DNA of 64,000 nt from Trichosphaerium sp. ATCC 40318 (taxonomy: Eukaryota; Protista; Tubulinea): NCBI GenBank assembly GCA_038496445.1, contig JALMLS010000455.1, positions 496,001 through 560,000 on the forward strand. Reading direction: 5' to 3'. Numbering within the stretch: position 1 is the stretch's first letter; the number at the start of each line of letters is the position of its first letter. The translations under genes and the position numbers were made by a program. This document shows, in pieces, positions 1-14,525 of the stretch. Below the pieces are notes generated by a model that searched no databases, was not told the DNA's origin, and saw only the letters and a list, made by a program, of their open reading frames with translations.

Positions 1-75
1 GTTGTATTGTGGTTGTGGAGTGGGTTGATATGGTTGAGGTTGAGGAGCATACGGAGTCTGGTATTGTTGGGCCAT
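1..75 (-). CDS. 5' end of a Pro/Gln/Tyr-rich protein running off the window
   Basis: Minus strand from ATG at 75 reads MAQQYQTPYAPQPQPYQPTPQPQYN with no stop before the edge. Confidence 0.5.
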   Translation of the reverse strand, partial: MAQQYQTPYAPQPQPYQPTPQPQYN

Positions 76-322
76 GATTATTAAACAGTAATTTGCGTAA
101 CTTGAAGGTGCAGAAATCACAGCTTAACGCTGGACCGAACCTTAACCACACTGGACACGTGATCTCACCTATACATAGCAGTCAATGGTAAAAACAATAG
201 GTTGGCACGGCGGTATGAAATTGGGCAACAACAAAAGAACAATGCATGTTGATGGAAGTAAAGAGTTAGAACAAACAACCGAATAAGTTGGTTTTTTTAG
301 CGGCTCAAGCAACTATTTATAT

Positions 323-3300
323 CTACTTTAATACAATATTACAATATGTAAGAACATCTGGTATACTACTTAGGTTGTTCTTACATCTTAGTATTTCAGA
401 CAATACTTCGTATCTAAACAAAAGTAAAAATGAGAATTTCGAAATAGAGCCTTAATTTGTGGGGTTTTTTAGAGGTCAGGCAAGACATATTTCAAAACTT
501 TATGTAAATATTGAAGTAATAGTAAACAGTGATTGCGTTGCGTTTATCAAATACGTATCATTTGGTTTACAACGTCCGTCATTGCAACAAAAAAAAGAAA
601 AAAAATATTGTTCTGAAGTCTTCTCGTACTTTAGTTTAACATTATCCCAGATATATCTCAACTCAAGAACCAAGAATGTATCTTGACGATCTTTTAAAAA
701 CTCAGGAGGCTCAGCTAATAAAACAACCTAAATAAAACCGATTAATCACGTTGACTCTTCATAATCCAAAGCGGAAAAAAGTAAGAAAAAAATTCATTGA
801 TATACCTTCTGTTGGGCTTGAATAACGCATTGTTCCTTGCTCGTATGCTTGCTTGTAACATCTTCTCCGTGATAAAAATAACGACATGATATTTGAGGGA
901 CTTGATATACTTTAAACCCAGCAAGAAGTTGTACACTATCAATAACTTTCTGTGCTGTAATTCTTGGCACCTTTGCATCATCAAGGAGACATAGGATAGC
1001 CTATAAAGATATTTAACATATAAATATATTCTATCATATGACACTCACATTAAGGAACTCAGAGCTTTGAAATAAGGTCTCATATTCACTCTTGCGAACA
1101 CCAACTATTCAAACAAGTGAGATTAAACACAGTGTTGGCTGAAAATAACGTACTTTCTTCATAGTTCTCTGGCAGTTGCTGTTGCAGTACTTTACTCAAC
1201 AGAGGTACTTCCAAGCATTGACCAATCCGTGATGGTATTCTAGGATGTAAAATAGGTACCTTATCCCAAGTGATCATCTACAAAGAAAGGTTTTTTAGTC
1301 TAAACTAATCATTGGTTTGTATATGATGTTGTACCTCACTGTGATAACTTACGTCCTTGAATAGTAAATCTTTGGCATTGCGAAACTTTCCATTAATGTC
1401 AGGTAGCTTAATAGTACCGATACGAGCATCGCTTTCAAGAAATTTTGGCAAAATCAAAATAACTTCAACAAAGCTATCAATGAACTCAGGGTTTGCTTCT
1501 GTTGCCACTGCTGCTTCCTCGCAAAGACGAACAAGAACTTCTAGATTAAGTTCCTTTATACCAATTTGTTTGAATAGGGTAGGATAGTCTTCAAGGTATT
1601 CATCAGGTACTGTATAAGCGAATGGCGGAATGTCATATCGTAAATTGCTGTAGACTTTCGAGAACGGCAAGAAAACTGAGGACGGACTCCATGTGTTTTC
1701 GTATCTGAGCATCATGTACTGTTAGTAACTTTCAACGTCTTCGTTTAATAAGGGTATATTTACAGCTACTGTACCTGTAGTATGGGAACGCTATATGGTC
1801 AACTGTGAAGTCGTTTTTGCAATGTTTTTCGAGGAATCTATAAATTGCTCTGACTTGTATTGAGATATCTTTGGAGTCTTTGTCTTGTTTCTGCGCTGAA
1901 AGGAATTTAAGATGATTTGCAACTTGTGTAGGCGTTGGTTCAAAGCTTATAGAATCTGGTTGGTTCCAACCATAGTGTATATCTAACAAAGGAGTTTGTG
2001 ACCAACAAATGTCTCGGTACTCCTCTGCGAAAAAGAAAAAAAAGTTAGTCTAAAAGGGCTTCACATTGTTGCTGTCATTTACCTGATACTACGCTCTCAA
2101 CTGATAAGAATTCGTATTCACGAACCTTTTCAAGCCTTTTATCCCATTTACAAATAAGACAAGGGATATTTGAAATCATATCGAAAGTGATCTGGTTTGC
2201 TTGTAAGTATGCCAAAAAATCTTTTCCTTCTTGGATATTATCATCTTTTATGAGGTCCATGTATTCCAGATGTTTCTGATACTCTTTGAAAGAGTCGTTG
2301 TCAGGCTTTACTACACTTTGGATACCTAGATGACTTCTCAAGAAAACTTGCCATTCTTCTGTCCAAAACGCTAAAAAAGAGTAAACATGGTTTTTTTTTC
2401 CAAAAGTAAAAAAGGTTGTGCCTTGGCCTGGGAATTTTGATTTATCTCCTTTATGTAGCTTGAGTAGAATATACTCTGTAGGATCACAAAGATCGCATGG
2501 TTTGTTCCAAGACCCATCACGTGCCTGAACACAAGCCCACGTGGTACCCATAACTAAAAACTGTGATGAGTAATACTCGGAAAATACCAGAAAAAAATAA
2601 GAAATCGTTTTTCTGGTACCTTTCAAGTTGTAGTTGTGAGCTATAGCTGTCCTCATGAACACAAGCTTTTCATGATGAGAAAGCTTTACAAAAGACTCAC
2701 AAGGCACATAGGTAAAGAGATACGCCTCAAGTGATACAGGCGAAATTCCTAGTTTTGCATATAATAATTTGTATGATCCTTCTCTTAGAAAAGGGGTGGT
2801 AACTTCAGAGAATGTAGGGAATTTCTTTGGTAGATACTGCGTAAAGTCTGTAGCACGTATTATATTAGATTTTCTATATGCCATAATCTGTTTCTTTAAT
2901 TCTTCTGGACACTTCAAATTGTTTATCTGAGGTATATTTGTGAAACTAAGAACGCTCCTGATTGCCAAGTTTTTCAAGCTTAGAGGAGTTGCAACTTCAA
3001 ATATAGGTAATTTACGTAGGATCAGTACATTAAAGCTATCTTCGTGATCAATATAAGATCTATTAAAGTATCGTAGGACCCTATAAATAGAGGTGTAAGT
3101 GTGAAAAAAAAAGAAAAAAAAACCGGTTGAAAACATGTTTTTTGAGTCCCAACACGTTTTTTGTTTCACGTACGATCGCATGTCGTCCAAGTTCATTTCA
3201 CGTGTGAAAAGCTTGGCTAAGTTTTTACCTCTATTATTAAGGTACCTCAATACATTAGAAGGATTGATTGATTGACTGAATATATCACGGAACTTTAAAT

Positions 3301-6300
3301 CGGCTGCGCGATAACAAAGTGATCTGTACTTATACCCATACAATAAAGATACATCTAAACCAGAATACCCAAAACTATCATCTGTAAAGACTCTGTGTCT
3401 ATGTGACATAGAAACATAAAGCTCACGTCCATCACTACGGGTAGCAGGGATTAAAGGATATTTAGATAGGTTTGTATCAGTGAATGTTTCTTCATTGTCT
3501 TCGGCATCGTCGCCCATCGCATGGTTTAAAAACTTCCATAGCATCTCACGTCTTTCTTGATCTCCTTCAGGGCATGTGCTTTTGAATATTTGTCTTCCAG
3601 GCTTTAAAATGCTAGGAAGATTCTGTATTACCCCACTCAAAGATAACATTTGTATTCTCATTCCTGGAGTACACCAGCCTTCATCTAACAGAAAGTCGTT
3701 TAATTTTTTATGAACGAACAAACTAAAAAAATCTCGAAAGTTGTGGACGGCAGAGCATTAACGGAATAGAAGGTTGCGTGAAACAACGTCCACTACTAAA
3801 CAGCAAATATTCCAACAAAGAAAGAGTATAAATCTGTGACTACTACGAAGAAAGCTACTTTTTTGTCCAACAAAGAAAAAAAACAAAAATAAAAAAATAA
3901 GAGAAGTTACGTACGAACTATGTGTTTCATGCTTTTGTGAATAAATTGGAAACTTGTTTCGGATAATAGTACTGGCAAGTCAACATCCTTGTATGGTGAC
4001 ATTATAACCTGATGATATCCAAACTTTAATACACGTCTTCCATATGTAAGTAGAAGAGGTACACCTATCATTTCATCTATATCCTTTGGGTCTTCTGGAA
4101 TTACGTAGCGCAACAATTTTCTGATTTGTCTTCAAAAAAAAATGAGGTTAGTATGATTTTGTTCACTTGATGATTGACTTACTTGCTATCTAAACACTGA
4201 GTACATTCACTAGTTGTCTTGAGTGCTCTGCGGAGTGTTTCGGGTCCAAGTCTCTTGATATGATTACCTTTCCTTAGACACATGCAATGAAGAATATCTC
4301 TTGGAATCTTAGTGAATGGTACTCCTGTGATATCTTGAAAAATGTCTTTAATATCTTCCTGTTGTGAACCAATATATAACGCATTCAATGGATTAACAGG
4401 CTCACCATATATATCTACAAAAGCGTCTTTCATCCCATAGATGACCTTATGCATATCCTAGGCGAGACGTAAGAATTTTTTTTTTGTAATAGAAAGAACT
4501 TACATAAACAAATGGTGTCCAAAAGTTGTCTTCGGTTAGCTCCCTTGATGTAGGCATACACGAAAGCACGCCTTCAGTATGTTCTGTTGAGAAAACATAT
4601 TCCATTAAATGTTTGTATGCACGTGCTAGACCCAAACGGATATTAATATTCCTCTCTGACGGTATCAATGCATTTAGTTTTCTGTTTGAGTCAATCTCAA
4701 AACTGGCATGAAGAAGGACTGGGATGCCCATCTTAGACATGTCGTCTAGCTCAAAAAAACAAAAAGCCCCGCTTACAGAGGTAAATTCCTTCTCTATCCA
4801 ATTTTTTTTTTCCTTCCGAAACATACTCCGTAGCGATGCAACGGCAATAATGTTTGTTACATCAACCTAAAAAAAGGAAAAAATAAGAAAACACCAACAG
4901 AATCTTGAGCAAAACAAAATTATTGTACTTCTTTGGAGTTATCTTGAACATCTGTAACATCATCACCTTGTCCTTCAATAACAAGAGCATTTTCTTCTTC
5001 ATTTTCTGATACGTATCTCAAAGCTTCTTCTTCATCAGAATTAGCATCCTCATATTCTTCTTCTGAACTATATTCCTCCGATTCTTCATCAGATTGACTT
5101 GGATCTGACTAATCGAACGTAAGGATATATTCAGTAATTAGCTACGTACATCAACAGTAGGATCAGCTTGGCGTTGTACAAGAGAATCTTTAGCAATGGC
5201 CCAGTTGTACTTTAACTCCGTTTTGTCTTCACCTTTCTTTCTCAAAACAGAAAGAGAAACAAGATCTACGTTTGGTACATCCTCTGATTTCTTGATTTCC
5301 TTTGTCACAGACGCACGAAGGGTTTTAATACCATCAACATCAATAATCTTGACAGATACGTTCTTAATATTGTTGAGAAACATTGTGACTTTATCAATGC
5401 TATCTTCGAACAGACTGAGTTGCTCTTCAACTCTTTGCGCTCGCCATTTCTTACCCAGTTTCTTTCCTGGTCCGTAAGTACGTAGAGGGAGCCGTATAGC
5501 TGTTCCAGGAAATGTCTTTGAAGGTTTTTTACCATCAGCTGTAACAATATCAAATGGATCAAGATGTGATTGCCATGGTGTTCTTGAAATAGGCATCTTA
5601 GCTCCACCAGTATTTTCAATCTTGACATATGCCTTTTGAGGATCAAGGATACCGAGATAGTCACCCGACAGTATCATAGGTACATCAGTAAAGTGGTATA
5701 CTACATTGAAACCTATCATACGAAATGGCGTAAGTAAATAAAAAAATGCAAAAAAAAACTACTACTTACCTTTTCCAAACTTTCCAATTGTAGTCGTATC
5801 ACTGCTTTTGTAAGAATGACTTATAGAAGATATATTAACCCAATCCTTAGCCGAAAAATCAGCGTTGTTGTAGAACAATAGAGATGGTCCTTGAAGAAAC
5901 TCAGCATCATCAATAATATGATCTTTAGAGTGTGAAGAAGCAGTCCGTTTATCATAAATAATATCGAATTGCGTAGCACCAGCATCGTCTGCGTTTTGTA
6001 GAAGCTCCAAGAAAGCACGTTCTACAGGATAGTCTCGAATAATCTCTTTCAATCTATCGCATATATTCTCATGTTGACCTATTGACTCAAGACCTGAAAT
6101 GTGCTTTGAACTCAAGTCCTACAAAAAAATCCATCAGAAAAAACCTCACTTAACAGTTAACGTACAATATTGAGATTAAGAGCGTCCTCCTTCCTTGATA
6201 CACCTTTATTAAGTACGTAAAAGTCAGTTGTACCAAGCAACATTGAAGCGTTTGCAAAGTCAAGGTAAACAACTTTTTTGGAGTTTATCATTTTAAGGTC

Positions 6301-9300
6301 TTCTGTAAGTACTGGAAAGCCATCTCTTATGATTTGAGGACAAGACTTCTTGGCACGAACAAGTTTTGCAAGTAACTTTATAGTTGAGCAGATCCCATTA
6401 ACTGCATTAGAAGAAACTTGATTATCACCAAGCTTATTTGTGTAATTGGTGAGAGCCTAGTAAACAAAACTGTAAAACTTACGAACAGTGGGAAAACCGG
6501 TAAAAAAATGCTGTTTTCGCTTGATTGTCTCAAGAAAACGCACGTGTACTATATCCGTTATGTTATTTGGTTCTTTTGGTATATTGCATAAACTCAATAA
6601 TGTCTTGTACGTCGCTTTAGCCACACTAGTCACCTGATACATTATTGGATCGTAGCTAGTATTAGATTCTTGAAACAATGTATGCGAGGGTAGGAACTTA
6701 TCTTCAAGCCAGAACCATCGCATACTCTGAAGATCTGTAACCCATTCTTCTGTATGAAGTAAACACGTACAAGTGTAAAATACGATGTAGTACATACCAT
6801 TGGAAGCGTCTTCAGATTCCTTGGCTTTACCCTCCAAGAAAGTATAAATCTCGGTGACTATACTGTGAACATTATACTTCTCTTGCGTTTTGTAGGTAAC
6901 CTGAGTCATTTCTTTCAGTTGCGCTATAACATCACTAGTACTTATGGCTTCTTTATCCCAATTCATGTATTTATGAAAGGCATCAACAGAGTATACTTTC
7001 CCAACAACTACATGTTTTGTACTCGAAACTAAATTGGCGTGTTGTTCTGGAATGACTTCACCAGGAGCATACATTGACTTCTCCGGTTTACTAAAAGGAG
7101 CGTTTTTGTTGTGAGCTTCCTATACTCTCAATTAAAACAAGTTGTATTGTAGGTTGACTTACTTTTCGAACAGGAACCCAAGACGACTTAAACAGAACAT
7201 CCTTAGTATCTTGATCTATGTCAAGTTTACAAAGGTGTTTCCTCAAGTATGTGAGTAAAGCATTTGCGGTTTTTACTTCATTCTCAGCGACTTCAATAAT
7301 AAACACTAAATCATGAGGAAGTAATAATGTATTCATCCCTGAAAGCTAATAAGCGAAAACCAAATGACTTCACACATACCAAGTTTACTAAGAAGAGCTA
7401 TCCATGAAGGTGATGATTGATACTTCTTGTCTGGAAAGAACTCACCCTTTGCAGGGTCTTGTATACCAGAAACCAATGATACTAAATCATCTAGACGCGG
7501 ATCATATAACTAACAAGTGTTAGAACTGGTTGGGAGTGAACGAAGTGTCAAAAAAATTACCTCATTTGGAACAAGTTTTTTGTCTGATTGTGTAGTTACG
7601 AATGGTATCTTTGCCAACAAGCTTCGTACAAGTTTACATGACTTATCTTCATCATTATAAACAAGTTGAGATAAGTCGTTATCCATAGAATGTATAAGCT
7701 TAATAATCAATTCTTTTTGTTCTACAGTAGATTTGTTCCATTTGGAAAGAATCTTTATGTACAAGCTACGACCCCCCATTTCTTTTGTCAGATGATAGTT
7801 TACTAATAGCTCTGTTACGTCATCACCAACATTGAGGATTGAAGGTAAATCGAAGGCAGCATAATCAAACTCTTTGTGAACCTTCGGCTTGATAAAGACC
7901 TAAAGAAACAGTATGAATTTAAAGGATAACAGCTCGCTCAACTATGTGTCTGTACCTTTTTCGAGAGTGACGACATCACCTTGTTCTTGCTTTTACTATA
8001 CACATCGAAAACAGGAAGTGTACAAAAGAACGTTGTTTGTTTCCTGCTCCAATTACCAATGTCTTTCATCAAATAATCTCTGAGAACACGTGTTTGTTCT
8101 TGGCTCAATTTCTCCAGTGATCCTACTCCACACTCTGCCAATATATCCAAAATACCAGTACCACTTCCTGACTTACATATCTTATCAGCTAGCTCAGATT
8201 TTAACTCAACAAGCTCTTTGTTCAAGAAATGTACGCCCATCTTAATAAGAATTTTAAAGATAGCTGTTGGACAACTACCAATCTTTAGTATATTACTCGT
8301 CAAGGTTAGAGGCTGTGAGTTTTGATTGTATATGACTTGTTTGCCCTTTTTACTAATCTTTGTCAAAATGTCACGAGTTGCTAAAGTGGAAGACCACAGA
8401 AGCTTTATCCAATCTGTTGTTATAGGACTATTTAATTAAAGTTAGTTGAGAGCCTAAGAAGTCGCAATACGTACTCTACAGACCCATGAAGATTTGCAAG
8501 GAATTGTTCTGGTGTGAATGAAAACATTTTAAGTGTTTTTTTGTTTACAAGTATAGCACTGTTTAGGATAGAAGGAAGTTTCGGATACAAGAATGAAGCC
8601 TTGAGTTGAGGAAGCAAGTCTATATACGGCTGGTATTGTGTAATTACTTGCACTTCACCAAATTGGCTAATTTCGCCATGAGCATTAGGACATAACCATG
8701 TCCCTGGCAAGGCAGAAGGCTTTTCAGAAAGCATATAAGATAAGATTACGTGTATCATATTTGAGTTTTTCGGATAAGTGATATTTTTTGACTTTTTGAA
8801 CGCTCTGGCTACCAAGTCAGGAGAAACCCAATGAAGACCAATTTGCCTATTACAAACTATTAGCTAAAAAAAGTACAGAAAGGTACTTGGCTTACTTTGC
8901 TATATAGTCTGGTGTTATACATACTGGTTTGTTGTATTTAGCTAGAATTAAGGCTACAGATAAGTTGCCTTCTTCTTGATTGATAGAGGCTGCTTTACTT
9001 GACTCGGTAGTAAAGTATATCTGCTTGTATGTAAACAATTTTTTGGAGACTATTCCGAGAAATACTTTGCTTTGCTCTTCTCGTATCAAGTCGTAAACTG
9101 AGCGCAAAAAGTCAGTAAAAAACAAAAAAAAGCCTCTCATGTACCTGACTTGGATAGCATAGAAATCCACCATACACCACTATCTCCACGTGGAAACAAG
9201 TGATATAAACGCTCAGCATTATCTACATGAGCATACTTCGCCACAGCTTTCAGTAACGAATGCCATGCCACAGCAATGAGTTTCTCTAAAATAAATGCAT

Positions 9301-10936
9301 TCCATACATCATTTTCTCTACATTCTTTATGTGATATAACACAACGGTTTGCAGCGAGCTGAAATTTTCCATTGCAATGTACTGGAAGACCTAATAAGTA
9401 GTGAGAATAGGTCAAAGTTTGAATGAGAATGGGTTTTTTAGCATACCGTCAAAAGACTCAGGAAGCGGTAATGCTGTAAAGGCTTTACTGGATACATTTG
9501 AGATGGTTGGTACTCTCAAAGCTACTGATCCAAAAGGCATCATCTTAAGGTCCTTTGCTAAGCTTGTTAACTCTGTATGCTGTTTATATTGCTCCTTTGA
9601 ATTCAATTGACATGAAACTATCCATGAGTGACATTCTCCAACATCCTTTGTTTCTCTAACAATGTCCATTTCGTATAAGAATGACTCTGGTTTTATTTCA
9701 TTAATTTGAATCCTTTTCTGTTTCTGAGCGAATGAATAAAGCTTAGACCTCATTTCACGCAACCCAGCTAGGGAATATGTTTAGTAAGACAACCAGAAAC
9801 TGAAGAAAGAAAAAAGGAAGAAAAAAACACGTACGTTTCTCTCTAATATAAACATGGGCTATTTTCTCTGGTGTGGTTGAACCTGCCTCCCATACCCAGT
9901 ATTCTATACGTTCTACATGTTGAACGAATAATAAAGACTCGCCAGATGTCTTTATGTAGTTCTCAATCAGATTTTTCAAATCTAAGATCGTGTGGGACTT
10001 TTGACATATTTTTGATTTTGAACATATTTCTGGTGTTCTCATAGGAAACCGAAAAATAGTTCCATTAAAAGGTTGACCAGGTGTACACCCAAATACTTTA
10101 AAAGGAGCGAACTGGTTTGGATATCTTTGATAAACATCAGAATGTTGTTGAAATTTTCGAGGGATGCCATCTATACCCTGACCATCTAAAGAAAAAAAAA
10201 TCCACTTAATTCAAAAAAAAATCGAACAAAAAAAGAAGGAGTTTTGACATCTCTCAGAGACTTACTGTTAATTACAAATGACTGACCAAACGATTTTGGA
10301 AAAACCCAACCACCTGGGTCAGATATAGCGAATAGAGGTCCTGTCAAGAAAGAAGGGAGCTCTGTAATGTTGTACATCGCATTAATACCAAGTCCAAATT
10401 TTCCAGTTGATGCATTGTCTTGTCTCTGCATTTCAAGTTTAATTAACGCGCTTTGCGACCAATTAACAATACCTTTATGGAGTCGCCAATATTTTGAACA
10501 TTCATAAAGTCATCCCAAGAGAACAGAGTGTCGTTGAAGCTAAAGAAAATTAGAAACGATTTGTAACAAGTTACATGTCATTTATACACTACAAGCGCTG
10601 GCCCCATGAATTTCTCCATGCCAGGCATCACTCCATCTGTTGGAAACTGCCTTTCGTCAACCATGAACCGAATTGTGTGACCGCGGGAGTCATCAACGTT
10701 TTGAAGCTTCTCATACGGCAAACGTTCTAAACTGTAGCCTGTTGAACGTTATTACGGCTTGTTGACGTGTAAATAGTTAAAAGTGCCTTCGAGTATGTTT
10801 CGCAGCGTAGAGCATACGTTTACTTGCTGTGAGAACGGAATATAGCCTATTAGCCAGAGTTAATTTGTAGAAGCTCACAGAAGAAATTACCAGCATTACT
10901 ATCAAGTGGCTTGTCTACCACTTTTTCGTTTGCCAT
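323..10936 (-). CDS. Sacsin-like protein, multi-exon, with two sacsin repeat regions (HSP90-like ATPase folds)
   Basis: Region 2 reads GQHENICDRLKEIIRDYP..FLELLQNADDAGAT..QGPSLLFYNNADFS..IGKFGIGFNVVYHFTDVP. Region 1 reads LQNVDDSRG..GPAL..GKFGLGINAMYNITELPSFLTG..FNGTIFRFP. Both are followed by LPVH/IPVLLHASF-type motifs. Exons are joined by GT-AG introns; last exon YEVLSEILRCKNNLSSIPDVL..* ends at 323 (3' end less certain). Confidence 0.88.
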
Positions 10937-11070
10937 GAGCTGACACGCTTTAAAACATTCCTGTCAGAGAAACCAGCCCTTAACATAAATCCATGTGACT
11001 TAAGCCACACTCACGATAAAAAAAGTGCTTCCAGAGAGTTTTAATTAAAATTACGGGGTTTTTATTTTAT

Positions 11071-12807
11071 TTACACGACATTGTTTATGAAAGTACTGTT
11101 TTGTTTGGTGGGTCTTTTGTTTTTTAAAGTAACTGAAGTTAAAAGTTCGCTGAAGGATTTCATCACTGGCTTATTTGTTTCCACTCACTCAGCAACAGCT
11201 GAAAAGCTGTCACTTGCTGACACTGACTCAGAGTCTCCCCTAGAGCGTCTAGTTTTACCTACGAAAACACGTGTAAGTTGGAGATAATAAACGTATTTGA
11301 AAAAAGAATTTTCAGCCATTGTTATATTAATGCTAATGGTAGCTAACGTAGTTTATAAATGGAGAAAAGAAATAATAAATCATTAGAGCTACTACAGACG
11401 AATACTCTAAGACAAAAAAGAGAAAAACAGTAATCGAACAAAACGTACTTTTAGTGCCTTTAGATTTTTTCTTTTTACGCTTTCTTCTACCAGAATCTGG
11501 TGTACGACTTCCTGATACTTTTTTAACAGCGCCATGAGATCTAAAGGGAAGGGTCAGCTACACAATTCCAAAAAAAACCCAAAACACATACATTAAAAGC
11601 AGTGGTTTACAACTAAAACGTAGAAGAAAAAAAATGTGCAAAAAAAATTGAAACGTGCTCAAGCGTCTTACTGAAAGATAATACGTACCGACTTCGCGAT
11701 TTTCTAGCTTGAGTTGGAGTAACATCTAAGGAATCACGTGGTTTGGAATCAATTATATCGGAGCTCTCAATGAGAGATAAAAATCCAACTGTTCCTTCCT
11801 AAAACGGAATAGTTAATAAATAAAGCGTGTCAAGAGTAATAGAATTTTTTTTTCTTTTTTCAATTCCATGATTCGGAAATTATTTTTGAAACATTGAAAA
11901 TTTCACCACACACTTGTTGTAACATACCTGAGCATCTCGTTTCTTCACTTTAGTAATCTCTACAACCTCATCTCCTGGCTAGTAAAGGCGTCAGTTAAGA
12001 ATAAAAGCCACAATGATAAAATTAAACAAAATTTTTCTAATTCTTATTTTCTTTTTTCACAACCAACTGTTAAAGGGACGTTTGGAGCATAAATTCGGTT
12101 GATTTGTGATTTCCTGTTTTCTCAGTAGTTTAACCCTTAATATACACACCTCATCATCCAAATACTGTAGAAATCCTGCTGCACCTCCTTGGCTTGTATT
12201 AAACTGTTCTTCATGTCGTTTTGTAATTTTCTGTATTACAGGTGCTTCTTCCTCATCGCCTTCTTCTAGACACGCAAGGAAACCAACTGTACCAGAGGAA
12301 TTCAAGGGTCTTAATACAATTAGCGAACTTGTTCATAAAAGAAAAAACTGACAAAGTCACTTTACAATTTGGGGTTTTGTTTTTACCGTACCGTTTATCT
12401 ATTAACTCATTTGATCGTATTTTTTTAATTGTTGGTACAGGAGAGTTATCGTTTTTATCAAGAAGAGATAAAAACCCAACAGTTCCGTCATTATTTTCCG
12501 AACTATGAGACTTTGGTGATTGTTTTGGCGTATTCTGTTGCTCGTCATTATGTACATCTAATAAACATTATTATAAATTTCAAAATGAGTTAGTTAAAAA
12601 CCAGTTTCGTTGTTTCAATGACTGTGGGGCGTATTGGGCCTTTTGTACACCATAAAAATTAATAAACTAGCATTCTTTACACTAACCGCCTTTGTACGTA
12701 CGTTTTCTTGTTGCGTGGCGATGAATTGCCCTAAACGCCGAAGTAAAAGAACCAGGACCCATTGACCTTCTGCGGTTACGCGACTTTCCAGTCTTAACCG
12801 AAGCCAT
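11071..12807 (-). CDS. Hypothetical multi-exon protein with four G(T/A)(V/A)GFL repeats and a possible C-terminal WH2-like motif
   Basis: Starts MASVKTGKSRNRRRS. Repeats DGTVGFLSLL, SGTVGFLACL, GGAAGFLQYL, EGTVGFLSLI. Ends KSFSELLTSVTLKNKRPTK..NVV*. Confidence 0.6.
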
Positions 12808-13111
12808 ATTATCGCACAAGTTGTTTTCGCTTCTCGTACGTGTGTTCTATACGACTATAATACAAATGTAGTTTCATGAAAACTGCATATTTTTCAAATT
12901 CAATTAGGACTAGGAACGTTGAATGATGTGTATTGCAACAACACATCATACTCTAGTGTTATACAAGTTTGTAGTTTACGCTTTGGATGAATTCGGGTAC
13001 ATAGGAGGATATTGGGCGTTGTTTAGTGTCATTCTTTCGCCACAAATATGCTGACTTATACGCAAAAATCGCGACATCAAGACTGTTTATTAGAACGGCA
13101 ATACGTCCTCT

Positions 13112-14271
13112 ATGGAAAAGACAGACGCACAATCCCATAAAAAACGTTCAAAGAGCAAGAAGGGAAGCTTCTTTCACTCAAAACGCGCCAAAGCCGATGA
13201 TGACGGCGAATACTCGGGTGAAGAAGGTCCACCGTCAGAATTGCTTGTAAAAGAAGCAAAATTTGTATTAAAGGACTATTTCTTTATGGACACGCTCGGA
13301 ACTAGGCTAGAGGGTAGTTTAAGGAAGAAATGGGATGTTTACATGGAAGACAAACATAGACGAAAGTGTTTAATTAACATTTTAAACGTCGACGCAACGA
13401 ACCTAGCTGCCAAAGATACAGGAGGTGAGTATTTGTAAACCTTAACGAACAAAGAATTAGTTTCATGTCTTTACACCCACCATAGGCACCAGCGACCCGT
13501 TTTTTAGAATTTCCAAAGCGCTAGATTTTTGCGTTGACAAGTGGGCACGAGTTTACAAATCTCCGATACAGAAAAGCACCCTTGACCCTACTTGGGACCT
13601 TATAGACGACGATGGTGAGTGCACATGTAGAGTACAGGTACGGACAAGTCATCCGCCGTACGCGGGCAAACAAAACGCTAACAAGCAAGTTTGGGCGCAA
13701 GGAGAAACGTCGTTAAATTGTTTCTAAAGTAACTCTAGAATATGCACTACAATGGATTCATGCTCATAGAGATATGGGATTATGATAGGGTATGATGCAA
13801 TGACAATCAATGAACTCCGTTTGCCAAATTCTTATCTTTTTTTTTTTAATTTGTTTTTGGCGTAGGTTAGCGGTGATGATTTTATGGGAAGCGTGTACAT
13901 ACAACCTGGCTTTATTGCATTCCTCCTAGAACGTACAGAGCCATTGTCATTTTACTTTGTTTTTTTTTTCAAGACGACTCACTTCAAGCCTTGCTTTTAC
14001 ACCACAAGCACCGCTTCTTACCTATATGTAGAAACTGGAACAGAGGATATAACGCTCGAATGTCATCAGCTGTGCCCATTCGCAAGGAGAGATAATGTAC
14101 GTTGTTTTTTGTGGTGTTTTTTTGATCATTATCTAAAATGCCTGTTAGGACACTCATAATGTTCGTGGCTCACTTTCTTTAACGGTGTCCATAAAGGACA
14201 TTGTCCGCCATAAGAAAACAGCACAAGTACTTGCTGCAGCTGCTAAGCCAAAAATCTCAAAGAACTTTTAA
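13112..14271 (+). CDS. C2-domain protein
   Basis: Spliced exons give ATNLAAKDTG|GTSDPFFRI..KSTLDPTW..LIEIWDYDR|VSGDDFMGSV, the canonical Ca2+-binding C2 motifs. Confidence 0.85.
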
Positions 14272-14525
14272 ATCTGTCTAGAATAGTACTAGACTTGTTA
14301 TCTAGACACTGTGCTAGTGATTGTAATAACTTCACTTAGAAGTTTGTAATTTTCTCAAAAAAATATGAAGGTTCCTAGATACCACATAGTGGTTATCTTC
14401 GTTCATTGGTGTCAATAAAATTGACATTTTGTTTGACATGTGCTGTTAAGTGATTAGTTTCTGATTTTTTAAGTTATCTGCCCATAATCTAAACCGGGTA
14501 ACCCGAAAGTATCGTGACGTCCGTG

